Positions 13,313 through 26,185 of a stretch of DNA of 64,000 nucleotides are shown piece after piece. The stretch is from Podarcis muralis. Its lineage: Eukaryota. A program made the position numbers and the translations under genes. Numbering within the stretch: position 1 is the stretch's first letter; each line of letters opens with the position of its first letter. Location: assembly GCF_964188315.1 (NCBI RefSeq), contig NC_135661.1:30752001-30816000 (forward strand), given 5' to 3'. Below the pieces are notes generated by a model, which worked only from the letters and a program-made list of their open reading frames with translations, had not been told where the DNA came from and searched no databases.

Positions 13313-16300
13313 ATCTAGCAGAGGGAACACAAGCCACTGCACCACCTCTTACCAGATGCTACCAAAGATATTCCCGATACAGGTTAACAATTGTTCTGTG
13401 CTACATACCCTAAAGACTATGGCTGCATGCCACTCCCTTGATGAAGTTTGTCCAGCTAGCTCAGCTTCATGGATCTGCATTTTATTTAATATGAACACCT
13501 TAGTAACCAGACCACTCCCTTCACCTGATGTAGCTAGCACTAGCCACAGTAGCTCATGGTTACTGCAACAGCTTATTGTCACCCCCTGGACCCCAAGCTA
13601 TTGTGTTTCCTTTACTTTCCAGGCAACCTCCCAACCTCCACCTCTGGAGCAACATGTAAAAAGGGTCACTGCCAGCTTTCCTGACAGTATAGTAAACGTG
13701 CTCTTGAGTAATACTGCTGCTCTACAGAGGCTCATACTAGATCAATTATTTCTGAAATAGGTTTCCTGAAGCAATTACATCCAACACAGACCGTCATCAA
13801 CCCAATCTAGTTTGAGTTCCTAGCTTGCACTTGCTTTACACTACAAACTTTTAATCACTTTACTAGTCAAACAAGGCAGTGGTTTTGACTGAAGACAGGC
13901 CATGCTTATCCATGAGATCTCGGCAATACTGTATTTTTAAACCCTTGTCCTAGACCAACCTTTCGAAATTCAAATAAGGCCGCATGCCACATGCAATTAC
14001 TTTTGGCTGGGCTTCCCTGACAAGAGACCTGCTTCTTTCTATCCTAGAAAGTTTCAAAACTATTGAGAAATTCACCATTAGGAGGAAAGGAAAAAAAGCA
14101 GCAATGGATCCCCATGGATCAGAAAGCAACTTCTATTTAACGCTATCCAAATAACTTCCTCAGACAAGCTGCTAACCTCACAAAAGTTAAGTGCGCCAGG
14201 CAGCAATGGCAGGGGGGAAAAAATGCTACTGCTAAATCATTTAACTTGGAAATTCAATAAAAGCTACTCTTACAAGCTGTCAAAACCCAAAGATGATTTA
14301 AATAAATATTAACTCCTTTCAGCATGTTAAGGCGCTTAAGACAAGGTCAAAAAGCTTCTTTTGGCAGAAGAATGAGCTGCTTTTGACAGAGGATGTGAGC
14401 AACAACAAGAGAAGCAGGTTTTTAAATGGCTGCCTTAAAAAGGACAGATGGCAACAGGTTTTGATTTGCAGATCAAACTTTATTTAGAAGACAATATTCA
14501 TGCATCTCAGTACAGCATCTTATAAAATGCCTGCACGGTGAAGTGTTAACCAGCAAAAATATTGAAGATGTGTGTCTCCTCATGTTCATACTGGCCTCCT
14601 TTTGACTTTTTAGCTCCACAGACTGACAATTTCACTTTGACCGTAACTGTATAGAAAACTTTTCTTCTGTATAAATGTAGAGTAACCTTTTCTTCCACAC
14701 TAAGGGGCCAAGGAGCAGACAAGGGCGGCAACAAGTTGGGTTTGAACTTGGAAGCAGATCCACTGGACATCCGTTGGATCTACTTCTGTGTAAACATGGT
14801 TTAGGATTGCACTGCAAGTAGCTTGCAGGTTGGATGCAAGTGTTTCTTGCAAGCGAGAAGAGAACCACGTTTAATAATAAAACAACTTTTTTTGGCATGC
14901 ATTTGGTAGCAGAATGTTACAGATGGCACAGTGAGGAACGGGGATGGCTGGCATGTGGCCTTCCACTTGGGACTCCAGTGTCCATCATTGCCAAACACTG
15001 GCCACTCTGGCTGGGTCTGATGAACAATGAGTACAACCACATTTGGAGGGCTACAGATTTCTCACCCCATGTGCCTCCTAAGCCAGCTCACCAAATGCAA
15101 TTCATCAGCCATGTCCCCCCCCCCCCAGTCCCGCCCAGGTTTGCAGTCAAAGACAGGCAGATTTGCTGATCATCTGGTGGGCCAATAGGCATGGCTGGTG
15201 TGTTACACATGGCTTGGTGGGTCATAAGTTGTACAGGCCTGAACTAAGGGAATACAATACTAAAGAAGAAGAAAAACTGACCTGAAGCAGCATGAAAACC
15301 CCCAATCTTTGCTCCCAGAATGGGAACTAGCCCTGTCGCTAAACTAGCTCACAGCTAGACTTGAATCTTTGGCAGCTTATGAATTCTACTGCAGTGCCCC
15401 CTTCCTACAGTTCCCTCCTATGTTGTAGTTTCTAACCCCAAGTTCAAGGGCTTGACCTGCATCCCTCAAAACAGGGGACCCCCGACTTTTCCAGTTTTGG
15501 TTGCAGCAGAAAAGTGAAAATAAATACAGATGACTCACCACTTGCATGGGAATTAAATTCTGGAGTCTCTGTGTAAAGCCAAAATCACGTGTAGCCAAAA
15601 CAACCCCAGAACGACTCCCATGCAACCATCCCAACCTTTCTGGAGCCAGCACACTAAGTGAGCATTGCCACCCAAGCAAGGCAGAGCTTATATATAAGCT
15701 CTTTGCCTTGCTTAATGGGCTATGGGAAGCTCTCATACCAGCTCTGGGAGGCTCCTGAGATCTCACTGGAGCCTCCCAGAGCCAATGGGATACCTTCCCA
15801 GAACCAGATAGCAAGGTGGAGACCTTAAAAGCTTTTTCCACGGCAGGAAAATGTGATGCAGAAACAGCTTTTAAGCTCTCCGCCTTGTGTGTGTTTAATT
15901 TGGGTGACTGTGTGCTGGCCGGCCACTAAGAGCGTAAAGCTGTGATTGTGCAAGTTAAATGCACACAAGTTGTGAGCTGGCTGTACTCAGCACAGGCTGG
16001 GCAGAGCCCAGGACCTTGGAGGCAATGCAAATCATGCCGTTCCCAGACATCAGACTGATCATTTGTTGAGTGGTGAGACGATAGCTCTTTCTTCATGGAT
16101 CAGCTGAGGCAGGTGGGCTATGTGCCTGTGTGTGTTCCTGCTTTAGTGTGTGGTGGCTGCACCCAGTTTTGGCCACGCTAACTAATGGCATGCAGCTCCC
16201 AATGGGTGGGGGCCAAGGGCAGGTGTGACCCTTGGCCTGTAAAAGGAAGCCACCCCGCCACAGCATGCTGAGAAACAGGGCAAATGCCTGCAAGGTTCTG

Positions 16301-16862
16301 AATTCAGCTTTCTAGGCTTCTGTTCCCTACTCCTGCTCCCCATGTACCAGTACTTATTTGCTAAGGGTCCTTCAAACTTCCTTTGATGATTGTGTCACCA
16401 CCTTGAGCTGTGCCATGCTGGCATCCAAAATGTCATCTCCTGCACTTATTGAGGCTCTAGCTATTGTGGTGTGTATCGCATGTGTTCCTCATTATACATG
16501 TCGCTGCTTGGATTTATTCCACAATCCCTGATGTTGGGGCTTTTTCAGGTTGTTAGACCTGCCTTCCGATTGTGCATGTTCAAGTAAGGATGTGGGGGAA
16601 ACCATTGCTTTTCTTCTAGTAAAACGGTGCTGGTACTCACCATGAAGCTGTTACATTAAATGCCACACTTTAAACCAGTGCTTTTCTTCTAGGAAAAAAA
16701 AGGTGCCAGCACTGTGTAGCCTTGAGTGCTCGCAGACAAAAGGCACGGGATGGGGACTCACCAGCCAACCTACTGGCCAATCTTTACTTCTGAACATCCT
16801 CCTTCCTTCCTTAAATTAAAATGAAGTGGGGGGGGGGTACACTTCTATGACTGGAAAGGGTG

Positions 16863-16918
16863 GGAAGGAAGGAAGGAAGGAAGGAAGGAAGGAAGGAAGG
16901 AAGGAAGGAAGGAAGGAA
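16863..16918. repeat. (GGAA)14 microsatellite
   Basis: Read directly. Confidence 0.98.
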
Positions 16919-18769
16919 TATTAGACAGGCACATTCTAACAGCCCTCAAGCACTGATAACTACAGGAGCAAAGCAAACAAAAACCATTTGGCACCTAGCA
17001 TCTCAAAGGCTATTCCTGATGCCTACCACATTCCCACAACAACACCAAGCCACCCAGACCCCTGAAATTGCTTTGCAGGTATCAGGCACATTACAAAGAA
17101 AAGGAAATTTCCCTTTTAACACCCTTAATGCAGCTTCATCATTCCAATGACCCAAGTAGCAGCTCTCTCTCTCTTTGCCTCCTTCTCCAGTGACCATGTC
17201 CCTCTTAAGGTCACACTAAGCGCAGCAGAGAGTTCTGTGCAACCCAAAAACTTGCATCCAGTATTTTAGTTGGCCCAATAAAAAAGATTGCCTTCTCACT
17301 CTGTTTTGTTATAGTCAAGGTCAGATTTGGCTTGGTCGGGGGGTGGGGTGGGGTGGGACAACTGACAGCTCCAGTTTGTTTTTTTTAAAAGCTTGCATAT
17401 CTAAGATGGCAATATTAGATCATACATATTTGGTAATAAAAAATGTGACGTGAAAATACTGAAACAGTGCATGGGTCAGTGTTCTTTTTTTAAAAAAGAT
17501 AGTAGTGCCATCGGAATTCTTGCTGGGGAAGCTGAAGTTAAGCAGCAGGTACTAAAGTGGTGAGCTGCCAGCACCTGGCCATGCCCCCGTTTTGCATATG
17601 CCATGACAGTGGTGTCTGCAGCCGCAGCAATAAGACCTCAGAACCACATGCAGGCTGTCATATCTCTGCCTGCTCCTCCACACTGGCCGAGCTTAAGGCT
17701 TAAAATAAGATGAGGCCTGATATACTGCGGCTGTGTGGGCTGCTTGGGAGACAGGTGCATAATGTTCTGGGCAAAGTGGCCCTGAGTGCCTGCATCCTCA
17801 GCTGATTATGCCCGCTGCCTCTAAAGGACAGGGCAACCTTATCTCACTCCACTGTGCCTGGGATGTGCTTATCCTGAATTAGCATGCAGCATTACCAGCG
17901 AGGAATCTGCTGACCCAGGCTCCCAGCAAGATCAGGCACACATCACTACAGGCTTAATTAAAGTTTTACTACTTATTAGAATGTTTTATTATTGTATTAT
18001 GTTGAAGCGGCAGTGGGCTCCAACCTCATTAAGGGAAACAGAGTAGGAATTATTCAGGGGCTTTGCTTCCTCACTAAAAAAAAAATAATAAAAAAAAAAT
18101 CCTGCATGGCTCACCTCCAGATTTGATTTAAGTGTGAGCTGATTAAAGTCTGCTTTCCTTTTGGTGGTGCTGGGATGAAAGCGCAGAAGGATCCTGTGTG
18201 TTATTTAATGAATACTTGCGCCTAAATGTAAAATTATTTTGTGTGAGGGTGACAGAACCGTATCTAGCCCTGCAGTAATTTACCAAGGAACAACTGCAGA
18301 GGGGAAAAGTGTTTAAATCATTGGGAACTGGAACATAGCTCAGTTGGGGAACTTTAATCTCATTACACATCTTGATTTAATTAAATGTGGGGGAGGCTAG
18401 CTGAAGCTCTGTAAGTTTCTCATCGTTAGGAATTAATTGCAACAATTTTCTTACGTGAACTATTTGAGCAGGCCAAATATGCTTCCTATTGATGTTTTTC
18501 CAGAGGCACTTGATTACCATCAGATTTTGCACCAGAAGTGAACACTGGCCATTATTACACCAGGGAAAAAATGGAGTTAACAAGAGATGGATTGTGGCCT
18601 TGCCCAACTCCCATTCATTTGAATGGGACTTTGAAGTTAATAAATATTGTTCCTACAGCTGCCAAGTTACTTGTTAATGACTGGGAAAGTTCTACTTCCA
18701 AACCAACCCTGCCATAAGTCTCATATAAAAATGTTAAAATTAGCTTTAAAAACATCACAGTGACTTTTT

Positions 18770-18775
18770 TTTAAT
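18770..18775 (-). terminator. Candidate DPY19L3 polyadenylation signal (ATTAAA)
   Basis: tttaat on + = ATTAAA on -, followed on - by a U/GU-rich tract; about 1.75 kb after the stop codon. Confidence 0.4.
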
Positions 18776-20524
18776 AAAAAAAGCACAGCATTATAAAGTT
18801 GATAGTCTTCATAAAAGTACAAAAATGTGAAATCTATTTGCTTCAACATAAGGAACATGATTCATGGGGTTGTTGTTTTTTGTCCAAGTAAGGAGGGGGG
18901 AAAACATTGAAGGGGGGGAGGATCTTTGAGAGGAAACGGTTCGTGTAAGTACTTGTCACATACAATAAAGCAAAAATCTCCCTTAAAGCACAATATATCC
19001 TACCACTTTTAATAACGAAGCTCATGACAGTGTTTCTCTTGGGTTTGGTATTCTTACTTAAAAAGACACACTTAGAAGGGGGGTGGGAGAACAGAATACA
19101 GTAATTGAACATTGTAATATGCAGGAGGGGACATGGGGGGCATTTTGCTTGTTTGTAAAAGCTTCTCTGAAAGGACGCCACAGCATGCTACATTATCAAA
19201 AGAAAAACGAAGAAACCCAACATGCTCCAGTCTTCGAAGTTTGAAAACCACACACAAAAATCAGTCATCAAGTGTGGAACTACAGGTCAAACAAGCAGCC
19301 ACTAAACATTACAAATGGAATGCTGAGCAACACGTGTTTGAAAGTCAAGAGAGCTTGAGAAGTACCATACAATGAGGAAGGGGAGCAATGTTCAAATGAC
19401 GGACGCAAGCCTTTTGCTGGACTATGGTCTTCAGCAACAGCACTCACACAAAGCCCAGAGCTTTGCTTTGGGGCAGATCAACGTGCAGCAAAAATTAAGG
19501 ACCCGGTGTTGGATGAGCAATGGCACAAAGACAATGCTGTGGCAAGAACAGCATAGCTGTCCCTGCTGGGGAAAACCCTCACTTTTTAACCCTCTGCTAA
19601 GAGCAAAACTGTACACAGGGATGTTCTTGGGTTACTTTGCCCTTAGCTGCACAGTGGCTGCTAAGAGACTGGCAGCTCCATCCTTGTCAGCAGAGGGCCA
19701 AGTATCCTCAGAGCTGTGCTGTCTGAGAGAGAAGCAAGGGAGAGCAGGGTGTGCGTGTGAAGGGAAGGTTACCAAAAGCATTGCATTGCTGATGGCTATT
19801 ACAAAGCTCACATCTGGGTCCTAGCATTAGAAAAGGAAAAGGTCACTGGTATATACACCCTAAGCACTTTGGCAGCAAAGCTCTGGGTTGAGGGCTGAGA
19901 CATCAGAAGATTAGTCTGTGATGCTTAAGCAACCATGGAAAAAGCACCAAGAAAAATCTGGAGAAACTACTCCCAAGAAAATGTTTTTGGATTGGTGTTC
20001 CCAAGCACCCTAAGGAAAATAACCGAAGAAGCAACAACAAGACACTAATGGTATCAACAGGATCATGTTAGCAAGCCAGAACCCTGAGCAGATTCCCCTA
20101 GATTAGCAGTAGATGGAAAGACACAACAGCTGGTCCACAGAGGTCCTGGGTAAGTATGCTCTGAGTGCAATGCAGGTGAGACTGTCTCAGACTCCACCCC
20201 CCCTTCTCTGTATGTTGAGCATCGTTTTCATGGGGGATGTGCCATCGTGCTTCACAAAAGAGTCACTCCCACATGACACTGAAGACGTCAGGGTGGAGCT
20301 TGCACCACACCACTTGTACAGTGTCTGCACCAGAGCCCTTTCTGAACCAGCCTTCTGTAGTCTAGAAAAGCTTTCTGGACACATAAAAACATTATCAGCA
20401 CAAACCCTTTCTAATGATCACAGTAATTAAAAGGTAAAACACTTAACCCAGTGTACAATGATTCCACCTCACCCCATGAACCGTTTCTGTAAACTTGGCA
20501 TGAGCTGCTGTGGTCACAGCAAAG

Positions 20525-20695
20525 CTACATAGTCTTTTTATGTCTAGCGAGCTTGTAAACATGGAACGTTTTGTTCTGAAATACTTTAGCAAAATACATT
20601 GTGTATGAAGGCAGGTCTCGTTTGATTTCCTCACAGAAGCGAGGATGTGGCGAATGTTTTAAATCAGGATCATTCTCCCCGGGACCATCCATGGT
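20525..20695 (-). CDS. DPY19L3: DPY19L3 last coding exon
   Basis: ttacag|ACC; TMDGPGENDPDLKHSPHPRFCEEIKRDLPSYTMYFAKVFQNKTFHVYKLARHKKTM*; 171 nt. Confidence 0.96.
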   Translation of the reverse strand, partial: TMDGPGENDPDLKHSPHPRFCEEIKRDLPSYTMYFAKVFQNKTFHVYKLARHKKTM

Positions 20696-21099
20696 CTGTA
20701 ACAGAAATTACAGGGTTGTTCAAACATCTTCTTGTTGCCACATTCTAAAACAATGAACTGCTCTCTTAATGCAATACAAAGGAAACACACTAAGCTGTAC
20801 AAGCACCAGATGCCATTGTATAGTCAGAGAAAAGCCCACAGCTGCCTACACACCATACACCTAAAAAGCACACGCACCTCACACACCCAGCAAAGAATCC
20901 TGTAGTTTGTTACAAACTGCAGTTTGTTAAGGGTGCTGGGAATTGTGGCTGTGTGAGAGGCAAACTAGATTTCCCTAGATTCTTTGGAGGAAAAATGTGC
21001 TTACAGTATATGGCACGTTGTACTTTACTGTTGTACTTTACTTGATTCAATCCTATATTAATTCACATGGGCAATCCTAACGCCTGACCACAGATTACA

Positions 21100-21187
21100 G
21101 CACAATTCTAACTATGTCTACTCAGAAGTTAGTCCAGCAGAATTCAATGGGGCTTACTCACAGACAAGTGGGATTACGATTGCAGCC
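21100..21187. repeat. Example of a dispersed ~90-bp palindromic repeat (caatcct...actcagaagt...aattcaatggggcttact...gattgc)
   Basis: Related degenerate copies near 1795, 4400, 14765, 41525, 52465, 52870 and 58870. Confidence 0.6.
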
Positions 21188-21511
21188 TTCTTTATAAACT
21201 CCAAACAGAACATAAATGCTAGACTTCCCAGTGACATAATAGCCCTGCTATCTGGTTCATAGTACACTTCACACTATGTTTGCTGTGTATTTAAGCCAAT
21301 CAAGACACCATCCAGTTACTGTTGGTACAACTCCCATCGTCCCTAACCATTTTCCAGGCTGCTTTGTGGCTGATGGGAGTTGGAGTCTAACAACATCTGG
21401 AGTGCACCGTGTTGGCTACAAAGCCACAGGGTGTTACAGGGAGAGATGATCCTGTGCCAGAGTTCCTGCAAATACTGTAATGCAAACAGGAAGGCAGGCT
21501 CCGGTACTTAC

Positions 21512-21670
21512 GTGGCCATTTGCTATGTCCAGAAGATCACGCAGCCGACAGCCCCTGCTGTGTCTTCTTTCATAACAAATACTGTCCTCCAGGATCACAA
21601 AGTCAGTCCCAAAAGATCTGAGGATCCTGTGGACTTCTTCAGGAGATCTTTTTGCATACACCTGATAAAC
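21512..21670 (-). CDS. DPY19L3: DPY19L3 coding exon 17
   Basis: VYQVYAKRSPEEVHRILRSFGTDFVILEDSICYERRHSRGCRLRDLLDIANGH; ctag| and |gtaagt; 159 nt. Confidence 0.97.
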
Positions 21671-21789
21671 CTAGAAACAGTGTAATTTAATTAGAATTGT
21701 GATTCCCACCCCCATTTCCGCCATTTCTTTATTGCTCGAAGTTGGGGGAAAAAAGACAACTCAAGAGGAGCATAAGACAGAGATTTATG

Positions 21790-22200
21790 AAATAACATGG
21801 AGAAATTTGACAGTCCTCTGCACCTGTCCCATAATACTAGAATTCAGGGTCATCCACTGAAATTGGATGGAGGTATATTTCAGAACACACAAAAGGAAGA
21901 ACACACACAACACAAAATTGAAGTATGAAATTCACTGTGCCAAGTTATGGTAACAGTCACTGGCTTAGATGGTTTTAAAAGACAAATTCGTGAAGAAGTC
22001 TGTCAGTTAGTCATGATGGGGCCCTCTGTATTCAGAGAAAGTATACCATGGAATACGACTTGATGGCAGGTAACAGCAGGAACTGGCTTGCAGCCTTGAT
22101 GGCTGCTTGTGGACTTCCTGGGAGCACCCTGCTAATTATTGTGGGAAATAAGGCACTGGGCAAGATGGATCTTTTGTCTGGCTTAGCATGGCTCTTTTGC
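21790..22200 (+). mobile_element. CR1 LINE 3' fragment
   Basis: ataatactagaattcagggtcatccactgaaatt...ggcttagatggttttaaaagac... ending in the gatgga...gcatggctcttt tail; related tails at 31212-31310 (-), 41640-41790 (+) and 56368-56416 (+). Confidence 0.7.
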
Positions 22201-22764
22201 ATTGACTAAACTAGAGATATGGATAAGAAATGGGTACAAGAAAAAGACCAAAGAATCTGAATGCACAACTTCTGAAATATAAAGGAAGGGAATACTCTCT
22301 ACTAGACTGCTAGGTAAGTTACCAGCAGTTCCTTAAATCTGGCTCAGCATCAAGTTTGTGTTTGGGATGGGATGTCAAACTTAGCAGTCTAGCACCAGCT
22401 ATGGCCAGACCTAATGGCAGCACTGCATAGAACACACTCAGTAATTAAGCCTTGTAGTTCTCAATACCAGATTATGTTAGGTCCAGGTGTAGTTGCTGTT
22501 GGTGTGTTGATTACAAGTTGGGCCTTATGTCACAATGGTGGATCAAAGAGAACCCCCAAACAGTGCATCTGTTCCCTCAGAGAACAGTTTTGGTAATACT
22601 GATTTCGTTTTAATCACTGCTCAGTGCCTTGCAATGTATGTTTGACTTGGGCCAGGTGTCAGTGGGAGATAATGGAGCTTCCTTTAGCTACACCCATTAA
22701 TAACTTTATGCCAGGCCTGACCAATGGCTCAGCTGTAAGGACCTGCTGAGAAGGTCTCCCTTAC

Positions 22765-22897
22765 CTGTTTTGTTCTTTCTCTCAGGCTCTTGTCCTCATA
22801 GTGGGGGTGATTTGTTAAAATCCTTCCTGTACACAGCTTGACGCCTGCTAAGAGCTGCATGCTTCCAGCAATCACTGACTTCTTGGGGGTGTTAGAC
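22765..22897 (-). CDS. DPY19L3: DPY19L3 coding exon 16
   Basis: SNTPKKSVIAGSMQLLAGVKLCTGRILTNHPHYEDKSLRERTKQ; ccag| and |gtaagg; 133 nt. Confidence 0.97.
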
Positions 22898-25800
22898 CTG
22901 GGCAAATATTAAGAACAACTTTACTATCATATTGGTGTAACTGTATAGCTAAAGGTTAAACTGTATACTTCATAATATAGGCAAGAGAAATTCCTATATC
23001 CTCACATCTGCATGCAAAACAGCTACATTTGGTTGCAAGAATTTTGTTTTAAATTAATTAGTTCTTAGACAATTAATGTGATTTGTGTCTGTGTGTCTGT
23101 GTGCTGATCTAGTTAAAGAAAGAGAGACAAGGGATGTAAAACCCCCAGTCCTTTTCAAAAGGACCTGAACAACTTTCTCAAGCAAGTGTTCCCGAGACTG
23201 ATGGAAGGAATATCACTTTAGTGGGTTTTATCTGGCAACTCTCTTTGCAACTGGAGTGAAAGATGAAGAAGCAGTCAAGGACTGAGAGTTGGCAATTACA
23301 TACCCAAAGTTGTAGATGTTGTCCCCATTGGAGGCAGACTTAGGTCTTGTGGGGCTCTAGAGGGGACCATCTCTACACACACACTTATTTGCCCCTGTAA
23401 CTCCCTCAAGCCCCATGTCTTTTGACCAGCCCTCATTTTGGGGTTTTAGGATAGGCTTAAGAATTAAGGAAACAGTCCATGCAGGTAAGAGTTAGGTCAA
23501 CCATCCTAGTAAAAGTCCACTTCAGATTGCAGCCATGCAATTCAGAAGGTCAAAAGCATCTTGCTTATGAAAAGCTAGTTTGTAGGGAAAAGGCCTTTAA
23601 AACACTCATCCTGAAGTAATACAATCGTAGGCTGGCTGTACTGTAATTATAAGTAATTGCAGATACCTGACTGAAGGTATACAATTTAACAAAGAGAAGA
23701 GATCATTTCAAGAAAGCTGGAAAGCTGCCAACATGAACATTTCTCTACACTTAACTATGTGTACCTGCCGAAGTTATTGCACATTATTTAAGCTCTCACT
23801 TAATTTTCCATTGAATTCTCTGATGAAACTTTGAATATGTTAAGAGACAACCATAAATGTTTTCTATAGCCCCAAAGGAGAAAACTTGTAGCAACGATGC
23901 AAGACATACCACAGGGCTGCTTTAAAACTTCTTACAAGGCCAAGTGAATCTCATATACAGACAGCAGAGTTAATGTTTTTTTAGCAAGGCATTTAAACTT
24001 TTGATGAAAAAAGAAAACTGTCAGTTTCTCTTTGACTTCTAAAGCCAGCTTCTTTTGAAAAATCTCTTTGCTCCGGTTTAATATTTTATAATTACATTTA
24101 AAATATTCAAAGTCACAAATACCATGAAGCGAGGTGGTCTCAGCATATGAATCGGCAGAAGAACTTAATGTGATGCGTGTGCGTAATCATCTCTCTCCAT
24201 TAGCCCAAATTGGGAGATGAATTCCAGACAGGTCTCAAGCTGAGACCTCAACCATCTGAGCTGGAAGAAACTCTGCCAAGGGCCAATGCAGCACCCGTTG
24301 AAAAGTCAGATTGAAAGAGGACCCTTAGGTCGACCCGTGCACTTCCTATGTCTCTTGCAATATGAGAGATGTGGGACCTCATCCATGGTAAGTATTCTGG
24401 GACTTTTAAAAAAATCATTTAATTATTTAATTTGTAATCTTTCCACCCTGCTTAAAGATCTCTTAATGCAACAAATAATGAAACTGAATCACAAAACTAA
24501 GCATAATCAAATTAAATAGCCAGCAGCAATAAAGAGGAAAAGACGGGCATTGTTCAAGATAAGTCCCAGGAAAACAGCAACAATTTGATGCCTAACAAGG
24601 TTAACAGTGATGAGATCAGACAGGCATCACCACTGAGAAGGCCTAACCTCTGAAGGCAGAGACACCCAGAGCAGGACCTTGGCTGATGACCTAAGCAATT
24701 AGGGTCACCAAACAGCCAATGTTTTACTAGTCCAAGCAGTAAAAGTCAATTCTATGTGGGAACCAGCACTCGAAGCTGAAAACCCAGCTGACTTCTGACT
24801 CTGCCAGTCATCAACCACGACCCCTGTCAGGTTTTGCCTAGTTCTATCCAGAGCCGGGCACATTCTTCCTGACTTGTCAGATTCTGCCATGGCACCACTG
24901 GTGGCGATTTCACCAGCATTTTGAAAATGAGATGAGGTCTACAAATTCAACTGGGGTGCTTCAGTAGAAGGAAGAAAAGAGGAGTCAGGATTCACCTGTG
25001 CTTCTTCCCTTGGATCTCTTTAATGGTTGCATTTACTACAAATAAGTGGCAGAAATGTAGAGTAATTCTCCCAGGGAATGACCACAAGAGGGGGACAATT
25101 AGCCAGCATGGTCTTAGGCACATTGCAAAGAGGAACACCGAATTCCTCTGCTCTAATCCTTATTGCCCAATGCAGCTGCTAAAAAGCTCAGCCTGAATCT
25201 TACACAGCTAATGTCTTCAAAGGCCCAAATGACACTTTTCCATTATGGAAAAACGAAGCAATTTTTACAAATGTCTGAACAAATGATGTATAAAATGAAA
25301 GGATAATTTGTTTTTATAGGTTTCTGCCAAGCTCCATAACCAGGCTGCCCAACCTGCAAACAATTTATTCTGCAAGAAATGTCACTAAATAATGACAAGG
25401 ACTTACAGGTCAAACTGATTTACATTATGTAATTTAAATGTCATTCCAAGCGGACCTGATGGCATTTTGAACAAATAATCTCATTTATTTTTGAAGCTCT
25501 AAGCTTCAACAAGTTAATTACTGCTGAACTAATGGGGTAAACTGAGCACTATAATACAAAATGGGAACCTCTGCTTTATCTACACTTTTAAGAATTATAG
25601 GATTACTACAAAATAACTCATTTACAACAGAAAGCTTTAATGGGAATTACAGGGCTCCATGTACGATTTTGGAGGAAGGTGGGTGGAAAGAACCCTGCTT
25701 AAGATTCAAGGAAAATTCAAAGCAAAAAGTCACGCTTAAAGAGGAAGATTTATTTGATGGTCAAATCAGAAGAGATAAATTATGAACATTTTGTGCACAT

Positions 25801-25959
25801 TTTGAGCTCCTCCACTTTAGAGCTTAGCGCTGCAAATAATGTATCTACAAGACACTTCTAAATGCAATATTAGAAATGTCAGAACTTTGAGACTTCTAGA
25901 GAATTAGGATGGCCGCTGATGCAGCTTCAAGGAGTAAAGTAACAAAGAAAAGGAAGATA

Positions 25960-26185
25960 CAGTGGTACCTCGGGTTACATACGCTTCAGGCTAAAGACTC
26001 CGCTAACCCAGAAATAGTACCTCAGGTTAAGAATTTTGCTTCAGGATGAGAACAGAAATTGTGCTCCGGCGGCGCGGCAGCAGCGGGAGGCCCCATTAGC
26101 TAAAGTGGTGCTTCAGGTTAAGAACAGTTTCAGGTTAAGAACGGACCTCCGGAAGGAATTAAGTACTTAACCCGAGGTACCACTG
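25960..26185. mobile_element. Tc1/mariner MITE
   Basis: TIRs cagtggtacctcgggtta ... taacccgaggtaccactg with TA flanks; second copy at 52948-53169. Confidence 0.92.

Noticed and set aside
16860-17150. ORF with GRKE repeats
   Set aside because: Translation of the (GGAA)n microsatellite.
7400-18000. PDCD5, expected downstream of DPY19L3 from human synteny
   Set aside because: No PDCD5-like exons or CpG island seen.
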